A stretch of DNA of 38,280 bases from a virus (lineage: Duplodnaviria; Caudoviricetes), in the IMG/VR virus record IMGVR_UViG_3300030095_002183, positions 1 to 38,280 of that record; one strand, 5' to 3'. The translations under genes were made by a program, and so were the position numbers. The notes beneath the pieces were generated by a model, which saw only the letters and a list, made by a program, of their open reading frames with translations, was not told the DNA's origin and did not search any database. How positions within the stretch are numbered: position 1 is the stretch's first letter; the number at the start of each line of letters is the position of its first letter. Below, one piece after another: positions 20,125 through 29,318 of this stretch.

Positions 20125-21836
20125 TAATGTGTCTCCATCCATGAGTTTCCGATTTTATATTCCCCATCAAGAGGACATTTAAAATCATAATATTCTTTTG
20201 TCTCTAAAATTTTCTGCACAAAAACTTTTCCAACCTCATCTAAATCTAGTTCCTCACTTACTGATACCTGAATCTCATCGTGTACCCAAAGCACTATCCT
20301 TGCTAATCCATTGTAGGATGTTAAAATCTCATCATTGACCAAACTGATCCATCTCTTACATAATATTGCACCAGCAGATTGTATTAAGAAGTTAAGTGCA
20401 GAATGAGGGGATCGTACTGGTATTGGTCTACCATCTAATCCTTTTAGGTAATTCTTGTTTTTCAATGATTTCTCTATATTTCTATTTAAATTAGAGAACC
20501 CCACAATGTTGCTCATGAACTTATCTTTAAGTTTCCTACCTTCTTCTTTTCCACCACCAATAATAGAACCTATTTTCTGTGATCCAGCACCATAAAGTAG
20601 GGCATAGATAAATGTTTTTGCTTGGTCCCTAGTTTCTAGTCCAGCAGAGTTTTGATTTTCAGTATGTATGTCACTTTCTATTACTTTGTTACTGTAGGAA
20701 CCATTATCATATTTAGCTAAGTAATGAGATAAGACTCGTAGTTCCAATGAGGACATATCTATACCAATAAACTTGTGACCCTTGTCTGGTACAAACAAAT
20801 CTCTGCATTCTTTACCAAAGGGAGAACGAGTAGCAGGAACTTGTCCTAAATTAGGATGTGTATGGGTTGCCCTAGAAGTGTATGTACCTAGTGGATTAGT
20901 TCTATTGTGTATAATGTAGTTATCCTTCTCTTTATTGGCTAACTTCAACCATGCTTGTTTACCCTCACTAATTTGTGCTATTCTTTTCTGAAGTAGTAAA
21001 TAATCTGCTATCATTAGTGCTTCTTGTGTACCTAGTTCCCTAAGTGCAGATTCATCTACTATAGGATGCCCTAGTTTAGTTTTCTTTGTAGGTTCCCATC
21101 CTCTTTCTATTAGAACTTTAGCTATATGTTGTCTTGATCTAGGATTAAAATTTACATTCTTGATCTTGGTGTAGTCTGCTTTCTTCCTTGTCCTACCTTC
21201 TCCATTATTAATAATCCAAGATCCAAACTCATCCTTCAGTTTATCCTCAAAGCCTACACGTTTTAATGATAGTTTTTCTTCTAGTGCTTTTGCATCTTTC
21301 TTATTAAATCTCACACCAGTAAACCGCATATCAGAACATATAAGTTGCATAGAATGTTCTAATCTTACTGCATCATGCAAACTTGAGTCTTTTACTTTAT
21401 TCTTTAGTTTCTCATATAGTTTAAAATTTAACTTCACATCATTAATACAATACTTGAGCATATCCTCTGAGTATAAAGCAAAGTTACTGCATTCCATTTT
21501 AGGAAACTTTAATTCTTTACCCCAACTATCAAGACTATGAAACTCTCTAGAGGGAAACAGTAGTCTAGACATTATAAGAGTATCCCTAGGTAATGCTCTT
21601 GGAACCCAATTGTAGATTTTATTTATAAAAGGAATATCGAAATCAATGATGTTGTGACCAATAATAATAGAAGCCGAATCTAAATAATCTATCCCCTCTT
21701 TAATTTCATCTGGTCCAAAAGATTTAACTTCCCAAGTTTGTATATCCATTGTGACAATACAATGAATAACTTTGCCCTGCTCATAGAAGTTATCTGTCTC
21801 AATATCAAAAATCAGCTTCTTCTTCTTCGTCTTCAA
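20124..21836 (-). CDS. family A DNA polymerase (gp5-like)
   Basis: Exo motifs FDIETD, GHNIIDFD, YCINDV; motif A DMSSLELR; motif B RDQAKTFIYALLYG; motif C VHDEIQ. Confidence 0.97.
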   Translation of the reverse strand: MKTKKKKLIFDIETDNFYEQGKVIHCIVTMDIQTWEVKSFGPDEIKEGIDYLDSASIIIGHNIIDFDIPFINKIYNWVPRALPRDTLIMSRLLFPSREFHSLDSWGKELKFPKMECSNFALYSEDMLKYCINDVKLNFKLYEKLKNKVKDSSLHDAVRLEHSMQLICSDMRFTGVRFNKKDAKALEEKLSLKRVGFEDKLKDEFGSWIINNGEGRTRKKADYTKIKNVNFNPRSRQHIAKVLIERGWEPTKKTKLGHPIVDESALRELGTQEALMIADYLLLQKRIAQISEGKQAWLKLANKEKDNYIIHNRTNPLGTYTSRATHTHPNLGQVPATRSPFGKECRDLFVPDKGHKFIGIDMSSLELRVLSHYLAKYDNGSYSNKVIESDIHTENQNSAGLETRDQAKTFIYALLYGAGSQKIGSIIGGGKEEGRKLKDKFMSNIVGFSNLNRNIEKSLKNKNYLKGLDGRPIPVRSPHSALNFLIQSAGAILCKRWISLVNDEILTSYNGLARIVLWVHDEIQVSVSEELDLDEVGKVFVQKILETKEYYDFKCPLDGEYKIGNSWMETH

Positions 21837-23457
21837 AACCTATCTCCTCTAAAGTTTCAAATAGTCTTCCTGTTTCTGGTGTGTACCTAAGTAAAGAACA
21901 AGCACCTTCATCCCCTGAGTATCTATTTTTTAGTACACGTACTGTAGTAAGGTGTTTATCTTTTCCCTGTTTATCTCTTTCTAAAGCAATACACATATCT
22001 GATAACTGAGCTATTGCTTGAGATCCCCTAAGATGATTCATCTGCACACGTTCACCTTCTTCATGCCCCTTACCCCCATTGGTTCTTTTTAAATGCGATA
22101 CCACCAGTAATGCACATTGAGTATCCTCAACAAAATCCCGTAGGTTGGTCATGAGGTTATCTATTTTCCTTCTCTCATCACCTTCCCCATCTCCTGAGAC
22201 AATAATAGAAATGTGATCAAGTATAATTAACTTACAATCATACCCTTTTACAAAATGACGTAGTTTATCCCTTATAGATTCATCTGATGACGATCCCCAA
22301 TGTTTATCGAATACAACCTTGTTCCCTAGATCAAGATCCTTGTACCATTTTTCCCATTCTTTTAAATCTCTTTCTTCTTGTGATTGTAAGTGAAGAGGTT
22401 CATTAGCATGAAGGGCAAGTAAACCAATAGCAGAACGCTTAGTATTTTCTTCTAGTGCATAGTAGGCAACTTTATGTCCTTGTAACATAGTGTTGTATGC
22501 TACTTCTCTACAAAATTGTGACTTACCTACCCCTGTTCCAGCAGTAATACAAACTATCTCTCCACAACGTATACCTTTAGCCATGTCATTAAGTTTAGGG
22601 AATGGATAAGGTATATTTACTTCATCATGTACTTTTATTATTTCTTGCCATATTTCATCACCAGTTACTATTCCTTCTGGTTTATGTGGTTTTGCATTGT
22701 AGATTGCTTGCATAAGATCCTGTTGTCTGTTCTGCATCAACAACTCATTAGGATCTTTTTCAGGTAATTGGGCTATCTTACATTTACCATAGGATAATAG
22801 TTGTGCTACTTTCTTAGTTGCTTTATCACCAGCTTCATCAGCATCAAAACAAAGAATAATTTCAGGGAATGATTCAACCCATTCCAAGTTTTCTTTTATC
22901 TGATTTACTGCATTACCAGCACCTTTAGTTAAAGATACAACTGGACGTTTAAAGTTAAATACTTGAGCAACAGAAAGACAATCAATCTCTCCCTCTGTTA
23001 TTATCAATGGTTGTGGATAATTTAGGTTCTTCTGGGGTTGCCACTTGTTCTGTCCAAAGAGTAGCGAGGTCTTCCCCCTCCATTTGAAATCCCTGTCTTT
23101 CCCTCTCGTCTTCTGGGCTATGTCTACTCCGTTCTCTTGAAAGGTTATGACTGCTATTTTTCCCTCGCTTGATAACGCTTTTTGGTAATTGTAAAATCGG
23201 CACGTTTCCTCTGTTATTTTACGTTTAGATAAATCCTCAAAGAATAGCTGATCTCTAGGTATCAGATTTAATTTCTTATTGGGTTTCTTTTCTACTGTTT
23301 CTTCTGTATCTCCATTCATCTTTGTCCTTTGTTCACAAGTCCAGCACCAAGTGCTTCCATCATCATAAACTGATTTGTTATCCTTACTTCCACAAGTTTC
23401 ACAAGCTACATTCTTTACAAAATTAGCTTTATTAAAAGGATGTCTACCCATTAACAT
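21805..23457 (-). CDS. primase-helicase (gp4-like)
   Basis: Zn finger CETC...CWTC; TOPRIM ITEGEID / FDADEAG; Walker A AGTGVGKS; LDHISI; LRGSQAIAQLSD; LKNRYSG. Confidence 0.97.
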   Translation of the reverse strand: MLMGRHPFNKANFVKNVACETCGSKDNKSVYDDGSTWCWTCEQRTKMNGDTEETVEKKPNKKLNLIPRDQLFFEDLSKRKITEETCRFYNYQKALSSEGKIAVITFQENGVDIAQKTRGKDRDFKWRGKTSLLFGQNKWQPQKNLNYPQPLIITEGEIDCLSVAQVFNFKRPVVSLTKGAGNAVNQIKENLEWVESFPEIILCFDADEAGDKATKKVAQLLSYGKCKIAQLPEKDPNELLMQNRQQDLMQAIYNAKPHKPEGIVTGDEIWQEIIKVHDEVNIPYPFPKLNDMAKGIRCGEIVCITAGTGVGKSQFCREVAYNTMLQGHKVAYYALEENTKRSAIGLLALHANEPLHLQSQEERDLKEWEKWYKDLDLGNKVVFDKHWGSSSDESIRDKLRHFVKGYDCKLIILDHISIIVSGDGEGDERRKIDNLMTNLRDFVEDTQCALLVVSHLKRTNGGKGHEEGERVQMNHLRGSQAIAQLSDMCIALERDKQGKDKHLTTVRVLKNRYSGDEGACSLLRYTPETGRLFETLEEIGFEDEEEEADF

Positions 23458-23914
23458 AATCCTCTACATCAAAGTATGGTTTATCTTCATCTTTCTGTAA
23501 TTGATCCTGACCTATGACCTTTGCATCTGGATAAATACCTTTGAGATAAACAATAAGATTTGTAAGTGCTTCTAGTTGCTCTTCAAAATAACTTTGTTCT
23601 GTAGGAATACCCTCTAGATTTCTACCACCAACTAAAGTAATAGAAACAGATATGTCATCATACCCCCATGTATGACAACCATGTTCATCTAGTTCTCTTC
23701 CTTTCTGTATTTCACCAAACTTATCAATAAGAAAATGCACCCCTGCACACATCCATCCTAGTCCTCTATGTAGTCTATCTAGTTGCACTATGTCTAATAG
23801 TTTATCTGGTTTAGTATCAGTACAAGTAACAATTATATAATCAGTCTGGTTTCTTTTTTTGATACTCACCAAACCATGAGGTAGGTACTCTTTTATGTGC
23901 GTAGATAAATCCAT
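23444..23914 (-). CDS. T7 lysozyme (gp3.5)-like amidase fold, catalytically degenerate
   Basis: Colinear with T7 gp3.5 (KRNQTDYIIV, H..GW..GVHFLI, GRE, H..GY, LVGG, PYFDV), but the Zn ligands are substituted; true start may be a few codons downstream. Confidence 0.85.
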   Translation of the reverse strand: MDLSTHIKEYLPHGLVSIKKRNQTDYIIVTCTDTKPDKLLDIVQLDRLHRGLGWMCAGVHFLIDKFGEIQKGRELDEHGCHTWGYDDISVSITLVGGRNLEGIPTEQSYFEEQLEALTNLIVYLKGIYPDAKVIGQDQLQKDEDKPYFDVEDYVNG

Positions 23915-24251
23915 GCTTTTCGGCCCATTGTTGATTCGTTCTTCTAGAACCTTGATACCTTTGGTTTAGATTCATAAATACAAACCTTAAATCTAACTCT
24001 GGGTATTGTTTTTTAAAGTTCTCGTACTTCCTTCTGGATTCTATCCTGAGAAAACCTTTTATCTCTACATATATGCCATTAGGTAAAACTAAATCTGGTA
24101 TGTAAGAAGTAGGGATGTCTACATTAAACTTACAAGGTTCATATACACACCCCTTTTGAGGTAGTGCTTTTACTACTTCTTCTTCAAACTTTGACCTAAA
24201 AATCGTCTTCTTCGTCAAAGACTGTTTCTTTCTCCTTTTCTTCCCATTCAA
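23841..24251 (-). CDS. endonuclease I (gp3-like Holliday junction resolvase)
   Basis: FRSKFE, YIPDLVLPNGIYVEIKG, PELDLRFVF, WAEKHGF; likely TTG start at 24251 after GAGG. Confidence 0.93.
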   Translation of the reverse strand: MNGKKRRKKQSLTKKTIFRSKFEEEVVKALPQKGCVYEPCKFNVDIPTSYIPDLVLPNGIYVEIKGFLRIESRRKYENFKKQYPELDLRFVFMNLNQRYQGSRRTNQQWAEKHGFIYAHKRVPTSWFGEYQKKKPD

Positions 24252-24783
24252 ACCCTTCCTCTTCTTCAAAGTCGAATCCATCAGAACTTGCAGAATAAGG
24301 GACATGATCAATAACTTGGACTGCCATAGGAGATAGAGTAATACCACAACCAGTAGTAGCTACATTCCATCCTCTAGATTTATATGCAATCTTTACAACA
24401 GAACCATTACCAATACTAAACTCAGGATCAGTAATTGGTTTACCTTTTGAGTCAAATATTTGTGGTTTTTGGTGTATTACATCACCATTGCGTGTTTCAT
24501 ACTTTGCTTTCATTTTAAATTTAAAAGACATACCATCTTCTTGCCCATCTACTTCATGCACCTTGTAAGGTGGTTTAGCTTTCTTAGGCTTCTTTTTGTC
24601 AGTAGCGTTTTCTACTACTGCTTCATCCATGAGTTTATCAACAATAGATTTAAACTCATCTGCTTCTTTACCCCTAAGTATCAGTTCACCCTCATAATCC
24701 CCTGCTGGATTAAATCTAGTTTCTGGTCTTATTACCTTTAACCAGAATGCTTCACCTTTTGGTGTCTTTGCTAAATGATTCAT
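24196..24783 (-). CDS. ssb: single-stranded DNA-binding protein (gp2.5-like)
   Basis: TPKGEA, FKFKMK, IGNGSVVK, AVQVID; acidic tail ending DEEDDF. Confidence 0.93.
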   Translation of the reverse strand: MNHLAKTPKGEAFWLKVIRPETRFNPAGDYEGELILRGKEADEFKSIVDKLMDEAVVENATDKKKPKKAKPPYKVHEVDGQEDGMSFKFKMKAKYETRNGDVIHQKPQIFDSKGKPITDPEFSIGNGSVVKIAYKSRGWNVATTGCGITLSPMAVQVIDHVPYSASSDGFDFEEEEGFEWEEKEKETVFDEEDDF

Positions 24784-24792
24784 ATTAGATTC

Positions 24793-27261
24793 CTATGCGA
24801 AAAAGAAAGGTGATTCCCTCACCAGATTAATATCCAAGTCTCCCTTATCTGGTGGACTTGGTAATGCACCTTCTGGTACTACCATAGATGCATCCTTTAG
24901 AAACTCTTCACAGGCATCCCACTCGTTGTACATTTCAACAAAGGATTCACGTAAGAGTTTCTGCATTAATGGCATTTGTGCCACTAAAGACCCATAACTG
25001 TCATGTATCATAGTCACTTGATTTAAATCATGTTCTCTACATTTCTGTAAAGTAAGAGTAAGATGACTTGCATCCAAACTATGAATAAAATTAGGTGGTG
25101 TAGCATTACCAGTTTTCCAACTGTCTTGTTTATTTCCTGCTGGATTACCATGTACACTTGCAACTATAAGTTTACCATCAAGTACAGTTTTAATTTTCCT
25201 TGATCTAACCTCTGGATAATTCTGTACACAAACAAAACCACTTGGTGTTCTCCATTGTACTGGTACTTTTCTTTTAATTACTTGTCGTGCTACTTGTTTA
25301 ATCCATTGCATACCATTAGTGGCTGCTTTTACTTTTATTCTTAGTGCATCTTGTACTTTAGTAACTAACCATCTTGCTTCTTTAAAAGCATCAGTAATAC
25401 GAACACCATTATTGAAAGGCCATTCTGTTCCAACATTCTCTATAACATAACCATTAATATATTCAGTAAACATATGGGGTGTACCACCATAGGGAAATGT
25501 CATTACAACCTTCTTCAGCATTGTCCTATCGATAAGGTTACTCTCTAACCAGTCCCTTGCTATTGGTTCATTAGATTCTTTCAGCCTTTCTTTAACTTCA
25601 TCTGCTACTTCTTGGTATAAATCTTGTGGTTGATTTGTGTATGTTAAGTTACAGTAGTGAGCAGTCTCAGCATCACCTAACATTGCAGAGTAATGCTGGA
25701 TACCATTTTGACTTCCATCAGTATGTACCCAATAGTATGATTTATAACCTAGTCCATTGTTTTTGTACTTCTTCCACTCATTACAGAATGCTAGGAATTG
25801 CCAAGGTTCATCTGCTTGGGTCCACCATTTAAAATCAAAAGGACGTTTAGAACTTTCTATAATCTGATCGGTATGGTAATGAATCCACTTTACTCTGTTT
25901 TCCATAGTGGTTTTATCAAACCCATACAAGTTTGCTCCTGCTATTGCCAAAGCATTTACTTGTTCTTCTTCTGTAACAGGCATCCCTACTGCACTTTGTA
26001 ATAGAGATTTAGACCAATCTGGACCTTGAGGATGTAAGAAGTTGTGCATGAGATAATATCTACCTCTGTAATCACATTGGGCTACATAGTTAAATTGCTT
26101 GTGTTGCATTAAGTCTTGTGCCATTTGCAACCCCCTCACAAACTGTAACCTTCTGCTATACATCTGATTATTCTTTCTCATCAGCATTGCATAAGGTTTA
26201 GCCCAATCATCCCATATAGTTCTTTGTTCTTCTGTTAGTGTTTTCTTTTGTGTACCAGGATAAGGACATTGTGGTAAATCATAGGGTTTGTTAGATGGTA
26301 TACCCTCCCACTCTGCACCACTTTCATATGCTTTCTGCATTACTTCATACAAAGGAATATTAATAGCAAACTCTGTCCTCTGCATTTGATTTAGTGCATC
26401 ATAAACTAGTGGCATACTTACATTATCTAAATCTTGATACCCAGACTTTCTATGTAATTTGATTGCACGTAATCCTTTTAGTTGACTAGTGTAATAACCA
26501 CCCCCTAGTGTTTTCTCTTGCCAATCTCTAGGTGTTACTACACACGGCATATATTGAGTGGCTATGTTTTCTTTATGCTTCTCTAGTTTTTCAATCCATT
26601 GTACTGCTGATGGATTGGGTACAAGCATATTGATAGTTTTCTTCTTATTAACATAGGAAGGTACAATAGTAACTAATCCAGTTTCTCTGTGTATAAGATG
26701 AATAAGAATCTTTCCAAGCATAATCTTATCTGCATCTTCTAATGTAAGATCATGTAGGTTTAATTGTGTCTTTCTAGAAAGTAGCCAAGTCATAGCATTC
26801 TTTTGTCTATAACGAGGGTTACGTTTCTGATGCTCAGACTCTAAAACCTTCTTAAAATAATTAGGATTCTCAGAACGAAAAGTACGTAGTCTATACTCAT
26901 CTTGTATAGCGTTACCTATTGCTCTTGCTACACGATATTCAGGATGGGATTGGGATAAACCATCTAGCGTACATATAAGTGCTAGATAAGCTACAGTATC
27001 ATCTTCAAGTCTAAGGGATTCTACAACTTCTATTAGGTGAGTAGCGTATGCTGGTTTACCAGATTTACGTTTATCTATCCACTCCCTAAAAGCAGAAGCA
27101 ATAGGTGTTACTGCTTCTGACATTATGAAACGTACAGAGGGGAGTCTAGTCCATGACTCTTGTGCTTTAGCTTCCTTGCTAACCCTCTGATAACGTCTTT
27201 TACCTAGTCGCTTACCTTCCAGCTCAAGGTTTAATTGCTTTTCCAGTACGTTTTGATACAT
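24793..27261 (-). CDS. single-subunit phage RNA polymerase (gp1-like)
   Basis: DYRGRYY, DGSQNGIQHYSAM, R...KKVVMTFPYG, PPNFIHSLDASHL, IHDSY, C-terminal FFA. Confidence 0.97.
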   Translation of the reverse strand: MYQNVLEKQLNLELEGKRLGKRRYQRVSKEAKAQESWTRLPSVRFIMSEAVTPIASAFREWIDKRKSGKPAYATHLIEVVESLRLEDDTVAYLALICTLDGLSQSHPEYRVARAIGNAIQDEYRLRTFRSENPNYFKKVLESEHQKRNPRYRQKNAMTWLLSRKTQLNLHDLTLEDADKIMLGKILIHLIHRETGLVTIVPSYVNKKKTINMLVPNPSAVQWIEKLEKHKENIATQYMPCVVTPRDWQEKTLGGGYYTSQLKGLRAIKLHRKSGYQDLDNVSMPLVYDALNQMQRTEFAINIPLYEVMQKAYESGAEWEGIPSNKPYDLPQCPYPGTQKKTLTEEQRTIWDDWAKPYAMLMRKNNQMYSRRLQFVRGLQMAQDLMQHKQFNYVAQCDYRGRYYLMHNFLHPQGPDWSKSLLQSAVGMPVTEEEQVNALAIAGANLYGFDKTTMENRVKWIHYHTDQIIESSKRPFDFKWWTQADEPWQFLAFCNEWKKYKNNGLGYKSYYWVHTDGSQNGIQHYSAMLGDAETAHYCNLTYTNQPQDLYQEVADEVKERLKESNEPIARDWLESNLIDRTMLKKVVMTFPYGGTPHMFTEYINGYVIENVGTEWPFNNGVRITDAFKEARWLVTKVQDALRIKVKAATNGMQWIKQVARQVIKRKVPVQWRTPSGFVCVQNYPEVRSRKIKTVLDGKLIVASVHGNPAGNKQDSWKTGNATPPNFIHSLDASHLTLTLQKCREHDLNQVTMIHDSYGSLVAQMPLMQKLLRESFVEMYNEWDACEEFLKDASMVVPEGALPSPPDKGDLDINLVRESPFFFA

Positions 27262-27448
27262 AAATCCCTAACTTCCTGTCTAGGATTGCTTCATCTACTA
27301 TCTTCAATGACTCTACTTCTAATTGCATTCTTGCTATTGCAATATACTTTTCACCACAACCTTCACATTTAATGATACTGCTACCTGAATGATCTCTAAA
27401 TTCTTTGTGTACTTTACCGCAATGTGGACATTTACTTTCTACTCTCAT
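27224..27448 (-). CDS. Zn-ribbon hypothetical protein
   Basis: CPHC...CEGC. Confidence 0.6.
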   Translation of the reverse strand: MRVESKCPHCGKVHKEFRDHSGSSIIKCEGCGEKYIAIARMQLEVESLKIVDEAILDRKLGIYVSKRTGKAIKP

Positions 27449-27635
27449 TGTACTCCATACATTCTACACATATTATGTGTTTACCTAGTTTGTTACTGGT
27501 TAGTCTTTTACATTCTTTACACGGCATAAAACTATAGTTACCCAATAGTTGTTTCTTCATAAACTGCTGGTTTAAAGTTCCTGTCATAGTCATCCCTCTC
27601 TGCTTGTTGTATTTGTAATTCTTCTTTCTTATCAT
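27432..27635 (-). CDS. Zn-finger hypothetical protein (start probably ~27590)
   Basis: CKEC...CVEC; GAGAGGG before the internal MTM. Confidence 0.5.
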   Translation of the reverse strand: MIRKKNYKYNKQRGMTMTGTLNQQFMKKQLLGNYSFMPCKECKRLTSNKLGKHIICVECMEYNESRK

Positions 27636-27885
27636 AAATCATCTGTACACACGCAGAATAACCAGCAAGATCAACCAAGTTATCTTCTTTATGCCTATAT
27701 ATTTCTCTGGCTATCTTCATTCCTGCTAACATTAGTGCAACTTTCTCTGGTGGTACTGGATCTGTATCTAGTATCACACCCCAAATAGTCCCTATTCTTT
27801 CACAGTTTTCCAATGGGTGATCATAAGCCCATTGTCTGTCCCCATTAACTAGTCTTTCTGCTTGTTGATTTATACTTTCTTTCAT
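27538..27885 (-). CDS. DUF6378-like protein
   Basis: AERLVNGDRQ..Y.HP..N..RI...W and MKIAR...HKEDNLVDLAGY pattern. Confidence 0.7.
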   Translation of the reverse strand: MKESINQQAERLVNGDRQWAYDHPLENCERIGTIWGVILDTDPVPPEKVALMLAGMKIAREIYRHKEDNLVDLAGYSACVQMIYDKKEELQIQQAERDDYDRNFKPAVYEETTIG

Positions 27886-27897
27886 TTATTCCTTTGT

Positions 27898-27978
27898 AAT
27901 GGGCAAGGTAAAGCTCCACACTTTATTCAATTTAAGCCCAACCTATGCAATGTTGATTTAAATAGATCCTTGCCCATT
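27898..27978 (-). other. intergenic structured element (three-way junction candidate)
   Basis: 11-bp perfect closing stem AATGGGCAAGG/CCTTGCCCATT enclosing two sub-stems. Confidence 0.5.
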
Positions 27979-28398
27979 TCATACTGCTTCATAGTACAAA
28001 GCAGTTAACTCTCTCATGAATTGTTTATCGTATTTAGCTACTTCACTTGCTTTAACAAACTTATGTTTAATCTCACCATCAACTAGTATATCTACTCTCT
28101 TTTGACCTTTGTTCTTTGGTTCTTTTCCTATACAAGCTTTTAAATGATTCTCTCTTCTTTTCTTTTCACTCTTTCGCATTCTTTTATATACAATTGGGTT
28201 TAGCTCTTTTTTGAGACACCCACATGATTTTGTATTTAAAGAATTAACTGCTTGCTGGTATAGCTTTTTATAGTTACCACACTTGCACTTATATAAGTTT
28301 ATTCTGCTACCATTCTTGTCCCTATGAGAGAACCTAACGCAAGTAAGTCTACTACCAGCTACACGACCAGTTAGTTGACCACTATCACTAGGATGCAT
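27979..28398 (-). CDS. homing-endonuclease-type Zn/DNA-binding domain protein lacking a recognisable HNH core
   Basis: LTG...RLT...YKCKCGN...TKSCGCL N-terminal module. Confidence 0.6.
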   Translation of the reverse strand: MHPSDSGQLTGRVAGSRLTCVRFSHRDKNGSRINLYKCKCGNYKKLYQQAVNSLNTKSCGCLKKELNPIVYKRMRKSEKKRRENHLKACIGKEPKNKGQKRVDILVDGEIKHKFVKASEVAKYDKQFMRELTALYYEAV

Positions 28399-28636
28399 CT
28401 ATCTCCATTTTCTTAGAATAAATACCATGTTTTGTTACTACATACCCTGCTTGCTCATAAGATTTAATAAACTCTTTCTCAAGTGGTATTTTGTAACAAT
28501 CAAAACATCTATCCCATCCTTTATCAATATTACCTAATTCTTTTTTACACAACTTGCAATGAGTGAAATCAGTTATAGGATCGTCTGCTCTACACACACA
28601 AGTAACATGGTGAGTAGGATCTCTAATCCACTTCAT
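28388..28636 (-). CDS. Cys-rich hypothetical protein
   Basis: CVC, CKLC, CFDC. Confidence 0.55.
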   Translation of the reverse strand: MKWIRDPTHHVTCVCRADDPITDFTHCKLCKKELGNIDKGWDRCFDCYKIPLEKEFIKSYEQAGYVVTKHGIYSKKMEIDAS

Positions 28637-28902
28637 AAAATTTCATCATTTATTAGTTGGTCTTGCTTTGCTATGCCATGTCGCATAACACTCTCAAAGG
28701 TCCAACTATAAACCTTGTAGTAATCAGAAGTAGAAGTTAGTTTTTTGCTGAAACCATCAGACATAGTAGGAAGTTTAGTAATGGTTCCACCTTTACTTTT
28801 GTATGCTTCTAATGCTTTATTAACTTGTTCTCTGGAGATTGATTGACCCTTGCGTACCTTTTTGTGTGCTAATGCTCTACTAGCGAAAGTATTTTGCCCC
28901 AT
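28633..28902 (-). CDS. SutA-like RNAP-binding-domain protein (putative)
   Basis: REQVNKALEAYKSKGGTITKLP resembles the SutA L...EFL..GG.I..(L/V)P motif; AGAGGG SD. Confidence 0.5.
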   Translation of the reverse strand: MGQNTFASRALAHKKVRKGQSISREQVNKALEAYKSKGGTITKLPTMSDGFSKKLTSTSDYYKVYSWTFESVMRHGIAKQDQLINDEIL

Positions 28903-29044
28903 AACCCTCTTAATATAATCTTGCAGAAGTGCAAGTATGTGAAGTAATGTCGAACTAGCAGTTATGGCAAAACCAGAAACTTAGTTGTCGCTTGAGTTGT
29001 AAACTGGTAGTTCGTAGATATGAGAAGACACTTTGACATAGCTA

Positions 29045-29218
29045 TTATTTGCTGTCAACCCCTTCATCCATCTTTTTTATTTTTTCTTCTATTGCTTGCT
29101 CCACAAAAGTTTTAAGAGGTATATCTAACTGATTTTGTAGCATAAACATTTTAGTTTCTCGCACTAGTTTTCGGGATAGCACTACATTGATAACCGAATT
29201 TCTGTATTCATCTTGCAT
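29045..29218 (-). CDS. ribbon-helix-helix-like DNA-binding protein, 57 aa
   Basis: Read manually: MQDEYRNSVINVVLSRKLVRETKMFMLQNQLDIPLKTFVEQAIEEKIKKMDEGVDSK; AGGA SD. Not in the ORF track. Confidence 0.6.
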   Translation of the reverse strand: MQDEYRNSVINVVLSRKLVRETKMFMLQNQLDIPLKTFVEQAIEEKIKKMDEGVDSK

Positions 29219-29318
29219 TATTTTCCTATGTATCTATGGTTTTAGATCCTACCTTTAGATCCTTTCTGAAGTTGGGAATTAGAGAGCGAGGGGTGCGTGA
29301 GAAACACCCCTCAACTTC

